A stretch of DNA of 64,000 nucleotides from a virus (IMGVR_UViG_3300045118_000377:31491-95490), one strand, 5' to 3'; positions 9,577 to 20,471 are shown, counted from the first letter of the stretch. The notes: generated by a model not told the origin, from the letters alone. Numbers and translations: made by a program.

Positions 9577-10036
9577 GAATCGAGGAAACGTGAAGAAACG
9601 CTGCACACACTGTGAGAAGAAGAAACTGTTGGATCAATATCATAATGATCATAACAGTGCCGATGGCAAGAGGAGTGTGTGCAGGGAGTGTGTTAATGAG
9701 TACCAGAGATCGCATTACGCAGCGGGTACTCCATCTGCTAAGAAAAAGAATGCGTACCGGAGAGAGTGGCGTGTGCGCATGCGCAAAGAAGTATTGCGAC
9801 ATTACGAAAATGCTTGCGCCTGTTGCGGAGAAGATCGATATGAGTTCTTAGCTATCGATCACATTAAGAAGGGGGGAAATAGGCATCGCAAGGAGGTAAA
9901 AACAACACACCTGGACTACTGGCTGTGGATGAACGACTTCCCTCCGGGATTCCGGATCCTCTGCCACAACTGTAATTCGGCTATCGGATTCTACGGATAC
10001 TGCCCCCACGAACGAGAACGTGGATCTCACAACTGA
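9560..10036 (+). CDS. HNH homing endonuclease with Zn fingers
   Basis: CTHC...CREC, CACCGE, AIDHI, LCHNCN; visibly more AT-rich than its neighbours. Confidence 0.8.
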   Translation: MIGSVENRGNVKKRCTHCEKKKLLDQYHNDHNSADGKRSVCRECVNEYQRSHYAAGTPSAKKKNAYRREWRVRMRKEVLRHYENACACCGEDRYEFLAIDHIKKGGNRHRKEVKTTHLDYWLWMNDFPPGFRILCHNCNSAIGFYGYCPHERERGSHN

Positions 10037-10047
10037 GTGGTGCGAAG

Positions 10048-12888
10048 ATGGCGAACTTCACGCAAGAAGAGATCGATGCCGCGGTCAAGAAGTTCATCCG
10101 TACGGACGTTCGCACTACCAGGGATCCACTCGGACCAAGGGACGCAGACCAGGTCTTTGCGGAGGTCATAGAGTTCGTCTCCAGCGGGCTGGTCTTCGAC
10201 ACGAACTCCATCTTCTACCTCATCTACCTGGCCAAGAACCGGGTCAATCAGGACCTGAACTCTGCGCTGTCCGTGTTGGAAGACCTGGAGCAGGCCATCA
10301 ATGAGGTAGGACGGTACACCACGAAGGTCACCCGTACGTCGCTGCTGTCGGATGCGGCTTCCGCGCTTCTGGAAGCGGACAGGCTGATCTCGCAGAAGAA
10401 GACCATTGCCTCTCCGCAGTTCGCGCGCTACGAGAACGCGCTTGATCAATTCGTAGAAGCCTCGCTCGCACCCAACATCAGGAACCTCGTGGGGTCCTAC
10501 CCAGAGACCTATGAAGTCGTGCGGCCTCCGCAGGCGGCACAGACTGCCATCAAGTCCGACATCATCTCCTTGCGTAGCTACCACACGACAATCCTCGCGG
10601 AGGCCGAGCAGCTGTCCGTGGCGCTCACCGAGTTCCTGGCCCAGAACCTGCCGATCCTGGCCATCCAGAACTCGGTGAAGAAGGTACAAACGGACCTGAA
10701 GTCGTTGCAGAAGGAGTTCGATGGCAGCACTGAGGCCGAAGCCATCGAGATGACCAGAGATGCGTACCTACGCATCACGGCCGGTAGGTCTGTGATCACC
10801 AATCTCGTTACCATGCGTGACCCGACGACATATCGCATGCGGGGCTCGGACTCGACTGCCGATCGTGCGCAGGCCGCTGTTGGGTCATCCAACACACCGG
10901 GGCAGGTGACGACGAGCAAGAGCGCGCCCTACAAGGTCGTCCCTGGATCAAGCGATCAACTGAGCCTGAAACTTGACGGGACGACTATCGTTCCCATCAC
11001 ACTGGTCCCTCCGGACCCCGCGAAGATCGCTGGATCGAACTCGGACCAGTCCTCATTTCAGATCACGGAATCGACTCGTGCGAAGCTCACAAGTTCGTTG
11101 GTCGATCCCTATATCGTGCCGGCTGGTCCGGGGAATGTGTTCGACGTCTACGTCGATGGTGTGGGATACCGAGTGACCCTGACTTCTGGGAGTCGTACAG
11201 CTGCTGAGGTAGCAGCCGAAGTGATGACGGCGACCAGGATTGACGGGTCACCTGGGGTGTTCTCGGACGTGGCTGAAGCTACCTTTGTTGCCAAGACCCT
11301 TGGCATCCAGCGGAACAGCTACGGCCAAGGGTCGATCGTAATAGGCAGCCAGTCGGTCAACTCAGCCCTTGGCTTCACCGACAACCAGACTGCTTCAGGT
11401 ACGACCGCCAACAACATCCTTCGCCTGATGGTGGACGACGAGCTCGAGGTCTTGGCGACCCTGACTGCGGGCAGCAGGACAGCCGCGCAGGTGGCGTCCG
11501 ACATCACGGCCGCTGCTTCAACGCGCATCTTGGGCGGGACCGTGACGTTGGGCACTGCTGATGGCGTGACGATCTCGTCCAAGAAGTACGGAGCTCAGTC
11601 TAGGATTCAGGTGAAGCCAGACAGCGACGTGCATCGAGCAGCAATGACGGTGCTGGGGTTCATCGAGGGCCAGAGCGCGCACTCAACAGATCTCAGCCTG
11701 GAGAGTCTGTACTCGACCTTGAACGCGGTCTCTGGCATCCAGCCAACTCGGTCCTCCACGCTCCTGGCTTCCGGCGTTGGTGGGGTGGCCACGCTTTCAG
11801 GATCGAACTACATTCTCCAACTGCCGACTGGCTCTATCCCAAGCGGGTTCACGATCAATGACGTGCTCTTCATCAAGGCCGGCGAAAACGCTGGCTACTA
11901 CCACGTGTCGTCCTTCACCAGCAGTCCGGCGGCCATCACCGTGGACAGGCCATTCGCTGCCGTCAGTGGTGACGCGGCGCAGAACCAGAGCTGGGAGCTG
12001 CGCAGAGATCTGATCACCATCGCCACCACTACGACCGACCTGACCTCTTCGTTGGAAGTGCAGAGTGGAACGGCGAACGGCGCGCTGGGCCTGACAACTG
12101 GCATCAATCGAGGTACGACGTCGGGGGTCAAGGTGATGGAGGCAGGCAAGGCGCTGAGCTTCTCTAGGAACAGTGTCGTTGCTGGTGATCTTCTCAACAT
12201 CCCGTCCGCGAGCCAACGCACCATCACGGAGGTGTCGCAGAACGGGTATCAGATCGAAGTCACGCCGGAGGTGTCGAACAACCTGACCGGTCAGCTCTAC
12301 TACATCGAAGGAGCGGCTCCGAAAGCCTACTCGATCTTCATCGCCGGCCTACTAGAGTGGCTGGCCGACATCGGAGCGTCCGTCTTCAAGTCCGACATCC
12401 TGGACCTCGAGCGAAAGCTCAACCCCTTGCTCTACAACATGCACCCCACGACCGGCATGGTGAATGACGCCATGAACTCGGTCCTGTCGCTGAAGGGGTT
12501 CTACACCGACCTTCAGGCTGTGTTCGACGCCTACGTCGTGTTGAGGGTATCTCTTGTGGACAGCATGTTGGACATGCTCTTGCAGAAAGGGATGCGTCGC
12601 GGGCACGATCTCCTACTGCTCGGCCAGTTCGAGGACTTCTTCTCTGTCAATCGTGACACCGCCTCCTACGGCGGGAACATGATGGAGAAGATGCGGAAGG
12701 TGGTGCAGAACGACGTCCCGGCAAGCCGCGGTCTGGACGGCGGGCAAGATGGCTCGCAACTGACAGCATCATTCGAGGACATCGACTACAATCGCGACTA
12801 CTCGGACGGTGACGACGAGAAGGCGATCGCAGAAACCGACGACATCCCCGAGCCGGATGTGGACGATCAGATCTTGAGTGGTGTCTGA
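10048..12888 (+). CDS. Large virion structural protein (baseplate/tail associated)
   Basis: 946 aa; helical N- and C-termini flank a Thr/Ser/Gly-rich beta region with two flagellin-IN-like modules; lies upstream of baseplate genes. Confidence 0.6.
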   Translation: MANFTQEEIDAAVKKFIRTDVRTTRDPLGPRDADQVFAEVIEFVSSGLVFDTNSIFYLIYLAKNRVNQDLNSALSVLEDLEQAINEVGRYTTKVTRTSLLSDAASALLEADRLISQKKTIASPQFARYENALDQFVEASLAPNIRNLVGSYPETYEVVRPPQAAQTAIKSDIISLRSYHTTILAEAEQLSVALTEFLAQNLPILAIQNSVKKVQTDLKSLQKEFDGSTEAEAIEMTRDAYLRITAGRSVITNLVTMRDPTTYRMRGSDSTADRAQAAVGSSNTPGQVTTSKSAPYKVVPGSSDQLSLKLDGTTIVPITLVPPDPAKIAGSNSDQSSFQITESTRAKLTSSLVDPYIVPAGPGNVFDVYVDGVGYRVTLTSGSRTAAEVAAEVMTATRIDGSPGVFSDVAEATFVAKTLGIQRNSYGQGSIVIGSQSVNSALGFTDNQTASGTTANNILRLMVDDELEVLATLTAGSRTAAQVASDITAAASTRILGGTVTLGTADGVTISSKKYGAQSRIQVKPDSDVHRAAMTVLGFIEGQSAHSTDLSLESLYSTLNAVSGIQPTRSSTLLASGVGGVATLSGSNYILQLPTGSIPSGFTINDVLFIKAGENAGYYHVSSFTSSPAAITVDRPFAAVSGDAAQNQSWELRRDLITIATTTTDLTSSLEVQSGTANGALGLTTGINRGTTSGVKVMEAGKALSFSRNSVVAGDLLNIPSASQRTITEVSQNGYQIEVTPEVSNNLTGQLYYIEGAAPKAYSIFIAGLLEWLADIGASVFKSDILDLERKLNPLLYNMHPTTGMVNDAMNSVLSLKGFYTDLQAVFDAYVVLRVSLVDSMLDMLLQKGMRRGHDLLLLGQFEDFFSVNRDTASYGGNMMEKMRKVVQNDVPASRGLDGGQDGSQLTASFEDIDYNRDYSDGDDEKAIAETDDIPEPDVDDQILSGV

Positions 12889-13256
12889 TGCCGAAAGCGC
12901 CGCCAAAGCCAAACGCCCCACAGGTCACGAAGACCAAGCTCAGCTTGCAGCTTCGTGAGATCTTGGGCGCTGCGTACGCCTTTGTGCAGGGCCGACAGTT
13001 CACGGAGACCGTTTCAACCGTGACGTTGGAAGTCCTGATGAAGGATCAAATCGACGACATCAAGGGCACGCCGAAGGTACCTGGGAGGTTGAACAAAATC
13101 GCAGAGATCGATAAGATCGTCACGGACACCACGAAAGCCGTGGAGGAAGTGAAGAAGGTGCCCCCAGAAACCTTCGCCGCGGCCGTGAAGGATGCTACGC
13201 AGAGCGAGTCCGCGAACGTCAACACGCCCGAGGACCCGGGAGAGGCTGAGGGATAG
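12888..13256 (+). CDS. Hypothetical protein
   Basis: TGATG coupling, 122 aa, codon bias. Confidence 0.6.
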   Translation: MPKAPPKPNAPQVTKTKLSLQLREILGAAYAFVQGRQFTETVSTVTLEVLMKDQIDDIKGTPKVPGRLNKIAEIDKIVTDTTKAVEEVKKVPPETFAAAVKDATQSESANVNTPEDPGEAEG

Positions 13257-13257
13257 C

Positions 13258-13911
13258 ATGGCTGACATTCAGGTCACCTATCTTCGAGACATCGTGAACG
13301 TCCTCTCCGTGACGAATGTCGTGGGGTCAGATCCTAGAACTCTGGACGTGCGTGGACCGGACTTCAGCAGCGTCGTCAAGGTCGAGGTCAACGAGATTGA
13401 GGCACCCAGCTACGTGGTCATGAGCAAGACACGTCTGTTGGTCCAGGTGCCCGATTCCATGCAGAACGAGCTGATCAGGTCGGTCAACGTCCTCAGCAGC
13501 AGGATGACGGCCACCGACCGAAGCCAGGTGTACTTCGAGCTCACCGACCGACCCCAGAAGGTCACCGGCATCCAGAAGCTCGTCCAGACCTTCCTGCTCT
13601 TCCTCATGCGGACCCCGGGGTCTGATGCGTGGGCTCCAAACACTGGCGGCGGCGTCCAACGCCTGGTGGGTTCGAACTTCTCGAAGAACGCAACCGGAGG
13701 TATCACGGCGGCGTTCACGCTGGCAGTCAGCAGGGTGCGAACGCAGATCATCTCCAGGCAAGCCAGGGATTCGAGGCTGAACACGGACGAGAAGCTGGCC
13801 GCGGCCAATGTCCTCAGTGCGATCTTCAGCGCGCAGCAGACGGCGCTGCTGGCTCGTGTGGAGCTCATCTCCCAGTCCGGCAAACGTGCTATCGTCGGCG
13901 TCAACTTGTAG
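13258..13911 (+). CDS. Baseplate wedge protein, gp25-like with N-terminal IPT/TIG-like domain
   Basis: VTGIQKLVQTFLLFLMRTPGSD..P..GGG motif; directly upstream of the baseplate J-like gene; start moved to ATG13258. Confidence 0.6.
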   Translation: MADIQVTYLRDIVNVLSVTNVVGSDPRTLDVRGPDFSSVVKVEVNEIEAPSYVVMSKTRLLVQVPDSMQNELIRSVNVLSSRMTATDRSQVYFELTDRPQKVTGIQKLVQTFLLFLMRTPGSDAWAPNTGGGVQRLVGSNFSKNATGGITAAFTLAVSRVRTQIISRQARDSRLNTDEKLAAANVLSAIFSAQQTALLARVELISQSGKRAIVGVNL

Positions 13912-13920
13912 GAGCGGCCA

Positions 13921-16900
13921 ATGTCCGGTTCCGTCGATCTGAAGACATTCCTCGAGGAGAGGTTCCTCGCGTACGATCCCGACACCGATCTCTCGGAGGG
14001 CTCTCCTGCACAGCTGACGGTCATCGACCCGACCGTCCGCCGATTCCAGCCGGACCCGTTCGAGATGGACCTGCCGACGTTCATCAAGACCCGCCTGCGG
14101 CAGGAGTTCCCGAACCTCCAGGCTGAGGATGGTGACGCTCTGGCTGACTTCCTGGTCAAGCCAATGGAGGCCCTGCTGGACCCGTTCGTCAGAGAGGTCC
14201 AGTTCCTCCGCAACAACCAGAGCCTGGCCTACCCCGAGCTCCTGGCACCGGATGAGGCCGACTCGCTGATGGGCAACCTCTTCGTCCGCCGATCGCGCGG
14301 GAAGAAGTCGGTCGGAAGCGTTCGTGCGTACTTCAGCGCCCCGACGGCCTTGACGATCTCCGTGGGGAACAGTTGCTACACGGCCGATGGGTTGAACTTC
14401 ATTCCCTCGAGCCCGCAGTCGATCTCGGCCGAGGCCATGCTCTTCAACCAATCCGGGAATCTCTTCTACTTCGACATCGCGTTGGAGGCCGAAACTGAGG
14501 GGGACGAATACAACATCGAGGCTGGGTCGATCGTGGGTATCACCAACGTGCCGTCGGCCGTGCGCGTCACCAACCTCCGGAAGTTCTCGGACGGCGAGCC
14601 GGAAGAGACCACGATCGGCTACGTCGAGCGCGGAGAGACCAGTCTGACCGAGAGGTCGATGGTCATCCCGCGCGGAGTGCTGGCCCGGCTCTTCGATGTC
14701 TTCGGAGACATCCAGCACCTCCAGGTGGTCGGGTTCAACGACCCCGAGATGCAGAGAGACATCCTGACGGGCGGCGGTCTTGGTTCGATCGTCCACTACT
14801 CCGCGACCGGATTCACCCAGGACGATGGGAACGGCGACACGTACTCCAACGTGTTCGAGGACAACTCTGCCGATTTCATCACGCTCCTTGGCCCCATAGG
14901 CGATGTGAAGAACTTCACGTTGTCTGTGGCCGGAGTCGACTACAGCATCACGCGGGTCATCAATGCCAACGCCGTCTGGATCACCAATCTGGATGGTACG
15001 GCTTCGACCCTCTCCGACACGCTCTCGAACGTGGCCTACTACATCCGGAAGAACGAGCTGACGCTGTCTTCCATCCCCGGTGGCGTGGTATTCCCGATCG
15101 GTCCCAACGGGGAGATCGTGATCGAGGGCAACGAAGTCCACATCGGCGGGTGTTCGGACTTCTTTCTTCGCGGCCTGACGGCGGAGGACGCAGATCAGGT
15201 GGTCAAAGAGATCAGCGACGAACAGCCGCTGACCGAAGGGAAGGATCTGAGCGTCGTCATCGCCGGGCTGCCGGAGGACATCGTTCGGGTTGGTCTCGCC
15301 AGCACCGACTTCATCACCAAGGGAGTGAAGGTTGGTCACTCTCTCGTGATAGAAGGAGCGGGCGTGGCTGTGGCAGGCAGCTACCAGATCATCAAGGTGG
15401 CACCCAGAGGGACTGGTGTGACGGAGTCCAGGGAGCTGCAGGTTGAGCCGGCCCCGTCGTCTTCGTTCTCGAATCTGTCCTACAAGATCGTGGACGAGCT
15501 GGACATCAACCTGAATGAGCCGAAGAACATGCGTGAGACCGGCTCAGATCTGAAGGCCGTCATGGGCAGTCGCCAGGTCAGCACGGTCTCCGAGGTCGAC
15601 TTCCTGGCGGTCGGCGGGCAGGTCGGCGACACACTACGGGTGACCAGCGATTCTGCCAACGCCGGTGACTACGGCGTGCAGCAGATCACCGGCACTGGCA
15701 ACAAGCTCATGGTCTTGGATGGCGAGTTGCGCCGGACGTCCGACTCCGAGCCTTGGCAGCTGTTCAACAAGCAAGCCGGCATCCAGCTGCCGCTCTTGCG
15801 TATCAAGACCATCGATCTGCTGGATTCGTCGTTGAACCCCACGGGCGAGACCCTTCCCTACGCGGACCCAGTGGACATCCAGTCGTCGGCGTTCTCCAAC
15901 GCCGGTGTCGGTCTGAAGAAGGCTGTGGCGGATGCCAAAGTGGGGATCATCGGAACGGTCGACCTCAGTGGCGGGGCATCGGCGCTCAACGGGAAGCAGA
16001 TTCAGATCTCCGTCAACAACGCACCGGCGATACCCGTCAACTTCTCCGGTGTGACCACGCTGCAGACGGCCGTAGACCAGATCAACGCCATCACCGGACT
16101 CAGCGGTATCGCTCAGGTCTACACCATCGGAGCGGCGCAATACCTGGCGATCAGATCTACTACCCGATGGCTGCAGGTGACGCCCTACGGCTCCGCCAAC
16201 AGCACACTGGGTTTGTCCACGAGCGTGTCTGAGGACAGTCGGCAGGTGACGAGCACGAGCGTGTCGGACTGGACGCAGTTCGGAATCGAGGTGTTCAGCG
16301 ACTCGGTCTACGTCATGTCCGGAGACAACATCGGCTTCTGGTGGCTGGAGTATCTGGCCGCCGATCGTCTCCTCATCGCGCAGGTGGACGACGCCGGTCG
16401 CGTCGTCTTCCCACTGCCTAGCGTCAACACCTCCATTCGCATCGGGAGCCGATCGTTCGGGAAGGTGCGCTGCTACTTCCTCGAGCCAACTTCCTTCGAG
16501 GTCCGCGGCAGCTACCGGAAGGCCGCCAGGCGCACCTCTGTGCATCAGGCGAATGCCGCTCTCGGCACGATCACGGCGGATGAGGAGCAGCGCACGGAGT
16601 TCACGCTCGACGTCAACGGCGACGGTGTGAGCCTCAAGAACTTCTTCCCCGATCCCGAGCTCCACTTCCAACTGCTGCCAGTGACATCGGAAGACGTACC
16701 GAACAACCTCGTGGTGGACCTCGCTGGATTGGGCACCCGCGTCGTGGAGAGCGTGCAGGATGCCGGCTCCATGCCGACTGGTCCGGGCATGTACTCGAGG
16801 GACGCAAAGATCGATTTCCTGCTTCGAGAGGTGCTGCCGGGTGACATCCTGGAGATCACCTACCAGCCTATTCAGGGCACGGTGAACATCTCCGCCAGCT

Positions 16901-18018
16901 CGTTCCCCTACACGCCCACTCCCAACGTCCTGGCCGGCAAGAGCCTGACGTTCTCGTTGGAGAACGGGCCCGACAAGACCATCACCTTCGATGACCAGGT
17001 CGATGGGCCCACGAAGTTGGTGGCCGAGATCAACGCCCAGCTGGGGGCCACCATCGCGTTCGTGGAGGACACTGGTTCTGCTCAGTACCTGCGGTTCGAG
17101 GCCGACTTCCCTGTGATCCTCCGCTCCTCCCATCCGACCACTCTGACGACCCTGGGGCTGACAGCGGGCAATAACGACGCCAAGGCCAAGGGAGAGTACA
17201 AGGTCCTAGACGTCGGGTGGATCTCGGGAGCAACTTCCAACCACTGCCGCATGACGCTCGATACGACGTTCGTGGCTGGTCAGGTGGGACCTTCCCAGCA
17301 CTTCACGATCAAGCGGCCCGGTGTCCAGCGTGTCAGCTCCACGGAGATGGCGGAGAACAAGGAGGGGGCGCTCTACTACGCCGACATCGAGCTGGTCTCG
17401 GACGGGGTGGGTGACGAGTTCAACATCGATCCCGATCTCCAGCTGACCGCGGAGAGGTACAAGTCCGACGGCTACCATCTCTACACCGAGGATGAGAACC
17501 TCAGCTTCTCGACCTCGGAGAAGCTGCACATGGTCGTGGGGCGTCGCATGCTCTCGGTCGGCTCCACCGACACGCCGGCCAACATGCGCCAGCTCAGTCT
17601 GTCGAACATCCAGCTCAACTACGAGCGGTCGCCGCTGGTGGAGCAGGTCCAGAACTTCGCGCAGTCGGAGCTAGACCGCGTGCTGACAGCCAGCATCCTG
17701 GTGCGGCACCTCCAGCCCCACTTCGTCCAGGTCGTGGTGAACTACAGTGGTGGATCGCTGGAAGACGTGGTGGTCTCCGACATCGAAGATCTCATCAACG
17801 GCCTACTGCCGGACGAGGCACTCGAAGCCTCAGCCATCGGCGAGATACCCCGCCGCCGTGGGGCGACCAGTGTGGAGATGCCAATCACTGTCATAGGGAT
17901 CGTCCACTACAAGGATCGAAAGGTGCGGGCCGTGAGGTCCAAGAACTCGATCACTGCCGGCCGTCTCGCTACCTTCATGCCGGACGTGTTGGACGTGACT
18001 CGAGCCGGAACTGCCTAG
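13921..18018 (+). CDS. Large baseplate J/wedge-like protein
   Basis: N-terminus has EAETEGDEYNIEAGSI...VTNLRKFSDGEPEET, typical of baseplate J; 1365 aa with inserted modules; GGAG RBS. Confidence 0.7.
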   Translation: MSGSVDLKTFLEERFLAYDPDTDLSEGSPAQLTVIDPTVRRFQPDPFEMDLPTFIKTRLRQEFPNLQAEDGDALADFLVKPMEALLDPFVREVQFLRNNQSLAYPELLAPDEADSLMGNLFVRRSRGKKSVGSVRAYFSAPTALTISVGNSCYTADGLNFIPSSPQSISAEAMLFNQSGNLFYFDIALEAETEGDEYNIEAGSIVGITNVPSAVRVTNLRKFSDGEPEETTIGYVERGETSLTERSMVIPRGVLARLFDVFGDIQHLQVVGFNDPEMQRDILTGGGLGSIVHYSATGFTQDDGNGDTYSNVFEDNSADFITLLGPIGDVKNFTLSVAGVDYSITRVINANAVWITNLDGTASTLSDTLSNVAYYIRKNELTLSSIPGGVVFPIGPNGEIVIEGNEVHIGGCSDFFLRGLTAEDADQVVKEISDEQPLTEGKDLSVVIAGLPEDIVRVGLASTDFITKGVKVGHSLVIEGAGVAVAGSYQIIKVAPRGTGVTESRELQVEPAPSSSFSNLSYKIVDELDINLNEPKNMRETGSDLKAVMGSRQVSTVSEVDFLAVGGQVGDTLRVTSDSANAGDYGVQQITGTGNKLMVLDGELRRTSDSEPWQLFNKQAGIQLPLLRIKTIDLLDSSLNPTGETLPYADPVDIQSSAFSNAGVGLKKAVADAKVGIIGTVDLSGGASALNGKQIQISVNNAPAIPVNFSGVTTLQTAVDQINAITGLSGIAQVYTIGAAQYLAIRSTTRWLQVTPYGSANSTLGLSTSVSEDSRQVTSTSVSDWTQFGIEVFSDSVYVMSGDNIGFWWLEYLAADRLLIAQVDDAGRVVFPLPSVNTSIRIGSRSFGKVRCYFLEPTSFEVRGSYRKAARRTSVHQANAALGTITADEEQRTEFTLDVNGDGVSLKNFFPDPELHFQLLPVTSEDVPNNLVVDLAGLGTRVVESVQDAGSMPTGPGMYSRDAKIDFLLREVLPGDILEITYQPIQGTVNISASSFPYTPTPNVLAGKSLTFSLENGPDKTITFDDQVDGPTKLVAEINAQLGATIAFVEDTGSAQYLRFEADFPVILRSSHPTTLTTLGLTAGNNDAKAKGEYKVLDVGWISGATSNHCRMTLDTTFVAGQVGPSQHFTIKRPGVQRVSSTEMAENKEGALYYADIELVSDGVGDEFNIDPDLQLTAERYKSDGYHLYTEDENLSFSTSEKLHMVVGRRMLSVGSTDTPANMRQLSLSNIQLNYERSPLVEQVQNFAQSELDRVLTASILVRHLQPHFVQVVVNYSGGSLEDVVVSDIEDLINGLLPDEALEASAIGEIPRRRGATSVEMPITVIGIVHYKDRKVRAVRSKNSITAGRLATFMPDVLDVTRAGTA

Positions 18019-18329
18019 TCCTCCGTCTTCAGGATTGGAAGCGCCGGCTCTACCGCCTGAGCCAGGTTTCCCAGCTTGACGATCATGCCGTTGTGGGGAT
18101 TGAACTGGCAGCCACAGGCCAGGCACTCGAGGTAGAACTTCGGGAGTATCTCGCCCTTCTGCCACATCGTGCGGAAGTCTCCGATCTTCCTGCAACTTCC
18201 TCCGCAGCGTGGACAAGTCTGCACGGCGTAAAATCTCTCGCGTTCCGACGCTGCCGGGGTGAGAATGTCCTCGTGCCCTTCGAGCAACTTGGCTGTGATC
18301 TCTGGCGACAATAGGAGAAGGTGTCTCAC
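18015..18329 (-). CDS. Small Zn-ribbon protein, antisense to the structural operon
   Basis: CPRCGGSC...CLACG; probable GTG start at 18329, 7 nt after a -10 box. Confidence 0.6.
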   Translation of the reverse strand: MRHLLLLSPEITAKLLEGHEDILTPAASERERFYAVQTCPRCGGSCRKIGDFRTMWQKGEILPKFYLECLACGCQFNPHNGMIVKLGNLAQAVEPALPILKTED

Positions 18330-18336
18330 GGCAATC

Positions 18337-18365
18337 AGGATAGACCAACAGCGCCGTCTTTTCAA
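18337..18365 (-). promoter_or_regulatory. Sigma70-like promoter, probably giving a leaderless transcript
   Basis: TTGAAA-N17-TATCCT on the minus strand, ending 7 nt before GTG18329. Confidence 0.55.
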
Positions 18366-18369
18366 TGCG

Positions 18370-18399
18370 TTGACGCCAGACAGATCACTGGAGTAGAAT
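18370..18399 (+). promoter_or_regulatory. Sigma70-like promoter
   Basis: TTGACG-N18-TAGAAT, followed by a GAGGTG RBS and ATG18434. Confidence 0.6.
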
Positions 18400-18433
18400 C
18401 CTTGGGAATCCAGACCTTGAAGAGGTGATCCAA

Positions 18434-20461
18434 ATGAATCTTCGAGCTCACGGAGTGCTGGGCATCGAGGGTCGCATTCGTATCGTGAAACACGACGTTC
18501 GAGGCCTTCAGGGCAGTGGGCCCGGCGGAGCCGTGGAGTACGAAGACCTCTGGGAGCATCTGCCTGACGGCACACGGAGGAGTCGCTACCCAGAGAGGGT
18601 CACAGAGGACCGAGAGATCCGCAACAAGTTCACTCGTCGTGGACTTGGGTATCTCATGTACTGCGCCTTCTGGTCCAATTCTGGATCTGCGCAGTCAAAG
18701 CAGCCGTCCGAGATCCTCGCCAACTGGAGCACGAACCCGTTCTTGGCGTTCATGCTGTTCGGCGATGATGGTGCGGTTCCCAGCCGACGCGGTGATGCGA
18801 AGGTCCTGTGGGCCGAGAGCGATGGGTCGTCGGACGACAAGATCCCAGGCAACCCACCAGGGTCCGGCACCGTAGCCTATGGGCGGCGTGGGATCTTGCT
18901 GTCGGCGACGACCGGCATCTTCAAGCGCGTCCAGCTCCGTTATCCGAACGCCTCTCCGGACTACGAATACAACGAGATGACGTTCTTCGCCCAGGCCAAC
19001 AGCCCCGCGGTCGAGACCACGGATGTCGGCCTGGACAACTTCGTGGCGAAGAGCATCGGCCTCTCCGCCGACGTCGCCTGCGGCTACAACGAAGCCAACC
19101 CCTTCATCGGCACGCGCGCCGTCATCGGGCAGCTGCCCTCGATCTTCGGGGCGCTGACCACAGGAGCCAAGGCCGGCAACCTCTCCGATCGCGTGTACAA
19201 GCACGAGAACTTCACCTACGGTGATGGGAGCGCGCTCGGTCTAGGATCGGCGACCGCGCTGCACAAGTTCGTGCTAGGCGAGACCATCGCGAATGGGCTT
19301 CCGGGCTACATCGCCTCGTCCGAGATCGCCGATGTCAACCTCTGGAGTTCTCCGGCTCCGGAGAACATCACGTTCAACAACACAGACAAGACGATCTTGC
19401 TCGGCACTGGAACCCCGTTCGTGGCCGCTACGCACACGCGCAAGACCATCACGACCGACGCGGCTCTGAACCCAGGCCCCTTCACGATCAAGAGGGTCAT
19501 CAACAACAACAAGGTGGAGGTGTTCGAAGCCGTCGTGGCCGAGGGTCCGGTGAGCAAGACACTCAACATCCTCACGCGCACTACGGGAGACAAGGCGTTC
19601 GACGGGCGGGTCGACAACGAGATGTGGGTGAGCAAGAACGCGGAGGACGGCGATACACCAGGGGCAATCATTCAGGGCGAGAAGTACGTCTCCAACGATG
19701 TGGCAGGTCCGCACTACATCGGCAGGATCTGGGCGAAGGACGACGCGAGGACCATCAGGGGGGTCAGGATCGTCTTCCCGAAGGGCAGCATTCGGGACTT
19801 CTGCCCGAAGTTCTTCACGATCCAGACTCTGAATGCGCTACATGAGTTCGGCGGAGATCCTCAGCCCTTCCACGCCAACGACTGGACGACGAAGTTGGAC
19901 TATTCTGCGTCCGATCAGTCGAACAACATCTTCAACAACGGCGAGTACGGCTACGAGTACACGTTCACGACAGCAGTCCCCACGTGTGGGATCAAGATCT
20001 CTGGCATCGTGCCAGTAGACACCGCCCGAAAAGTGGAGATCGCCGAACTCTACGTCTTCGAGGACATGCCGTCGAAGACGATCGATTCCACCAACAACAA
20101 GCTCCGGCTGTCGGTGGATGGAGGGTCCAGCTACAAGACGTTCACGATCCCCAACGTCGCCGCGACAACCAGCACGCAGACCCTGGCCGACGCCATCAAT
20201 CAGGCTCTCTACGGTTGGGGGTTGGAGGCCTACCGATCGGCATTCGGCTTCGTCGTCGTACGTGGAACGGTCGCCGGCAACTACAGCCAAGTCCACTTGG
20301 ACACGGTCGCCAACGCGATCAACTCGCTGCTGGGGATACCAACGGCGGGTCTGCCGAAGGGGTACACGGGTGTCACCCAGCCGTTCACAAAGGCGGCGGC
20401 CGACGCCGTGACCTTCATCTACACCCAGCGCATGGGTGGCAACTTCCCGAAGCCGGCGTAA
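18434..20461 (+). CDS. Virion structural protein with discoidin/F5-8-like and flagellin-IN-like modules
   Basis: KAFDG...CPKFFTIQ...WTT...VEIAELYVF discoidin pattern; C-terminal SVDGG...LADAINQAL module. Confidence 0.6.
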   Translation: MNLRAHGVLGIEGRIRIVKHDVRGLQGSGPGGAVEYEDLWEHLPDGTRRSRYPERVTEDREIRNKFTRRGLGYLMYCAFWSNSGSAQSKQPSEILANWSTNPFLAFMLFGDDGAVPSRRGDAKVLWAESDGSSDDKIPGNPPGSGTVAYGRRGILLSATTGIFKRVQLRYPNASPDYEYNEMTFFAQANSPAVETTDVGLDNFVAKSIGLSADVACGYNEANPFIGTRAVIGQLPSIFGALTTGAKAGNLSDRVYKHENFTYGDGSALGLGSATALHKFVLGETIANGLPGYIASSEIADVNLWSSPAPENITFNNTDKTILLGTGTPFVAATHTRKTITTDAALNPGPFTIKRVINNNKVEVFEAVVAEGPVSKTLNILTRTTGDKAFDGRVDNEMWVSKNAEDGDTPGAIIQGEKYVSNDVAGPHYIGRIWAKDDARTIRGVRIVFPKGSIRDFCPKFFTIQTLNALHEFGGDPQPFHANDWTTKLDYSASDQSNNIFNNGEYGYEYTFTTAVPTCGIKISGIVPVDTARKVEIAELYVFEDMPSKTIDSTNNKLRLSVDGGSSYKTFTIPNVAATTSTQTLADAINQALYGWGLEAYRSAFGFVVVRGTVAGNYSQVHLDTVANAINSLLGIPTAGLPKGYTGVTQPFTKAAADAVTFIYTQRMGGNFPKPA

Positions 20462-20471
20462 GGAGCTGATC

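Noticed and set aside
13327-17133. Long minus-strand ORFs (670 aa, 499 aa) and similar ones at 803-1831, 26110-27510, 33663-35321, 49384-50967 and 57404-58759
   Set aside because: They are antisense shadows of GC3-biased real genes, with no motifs or RBS.
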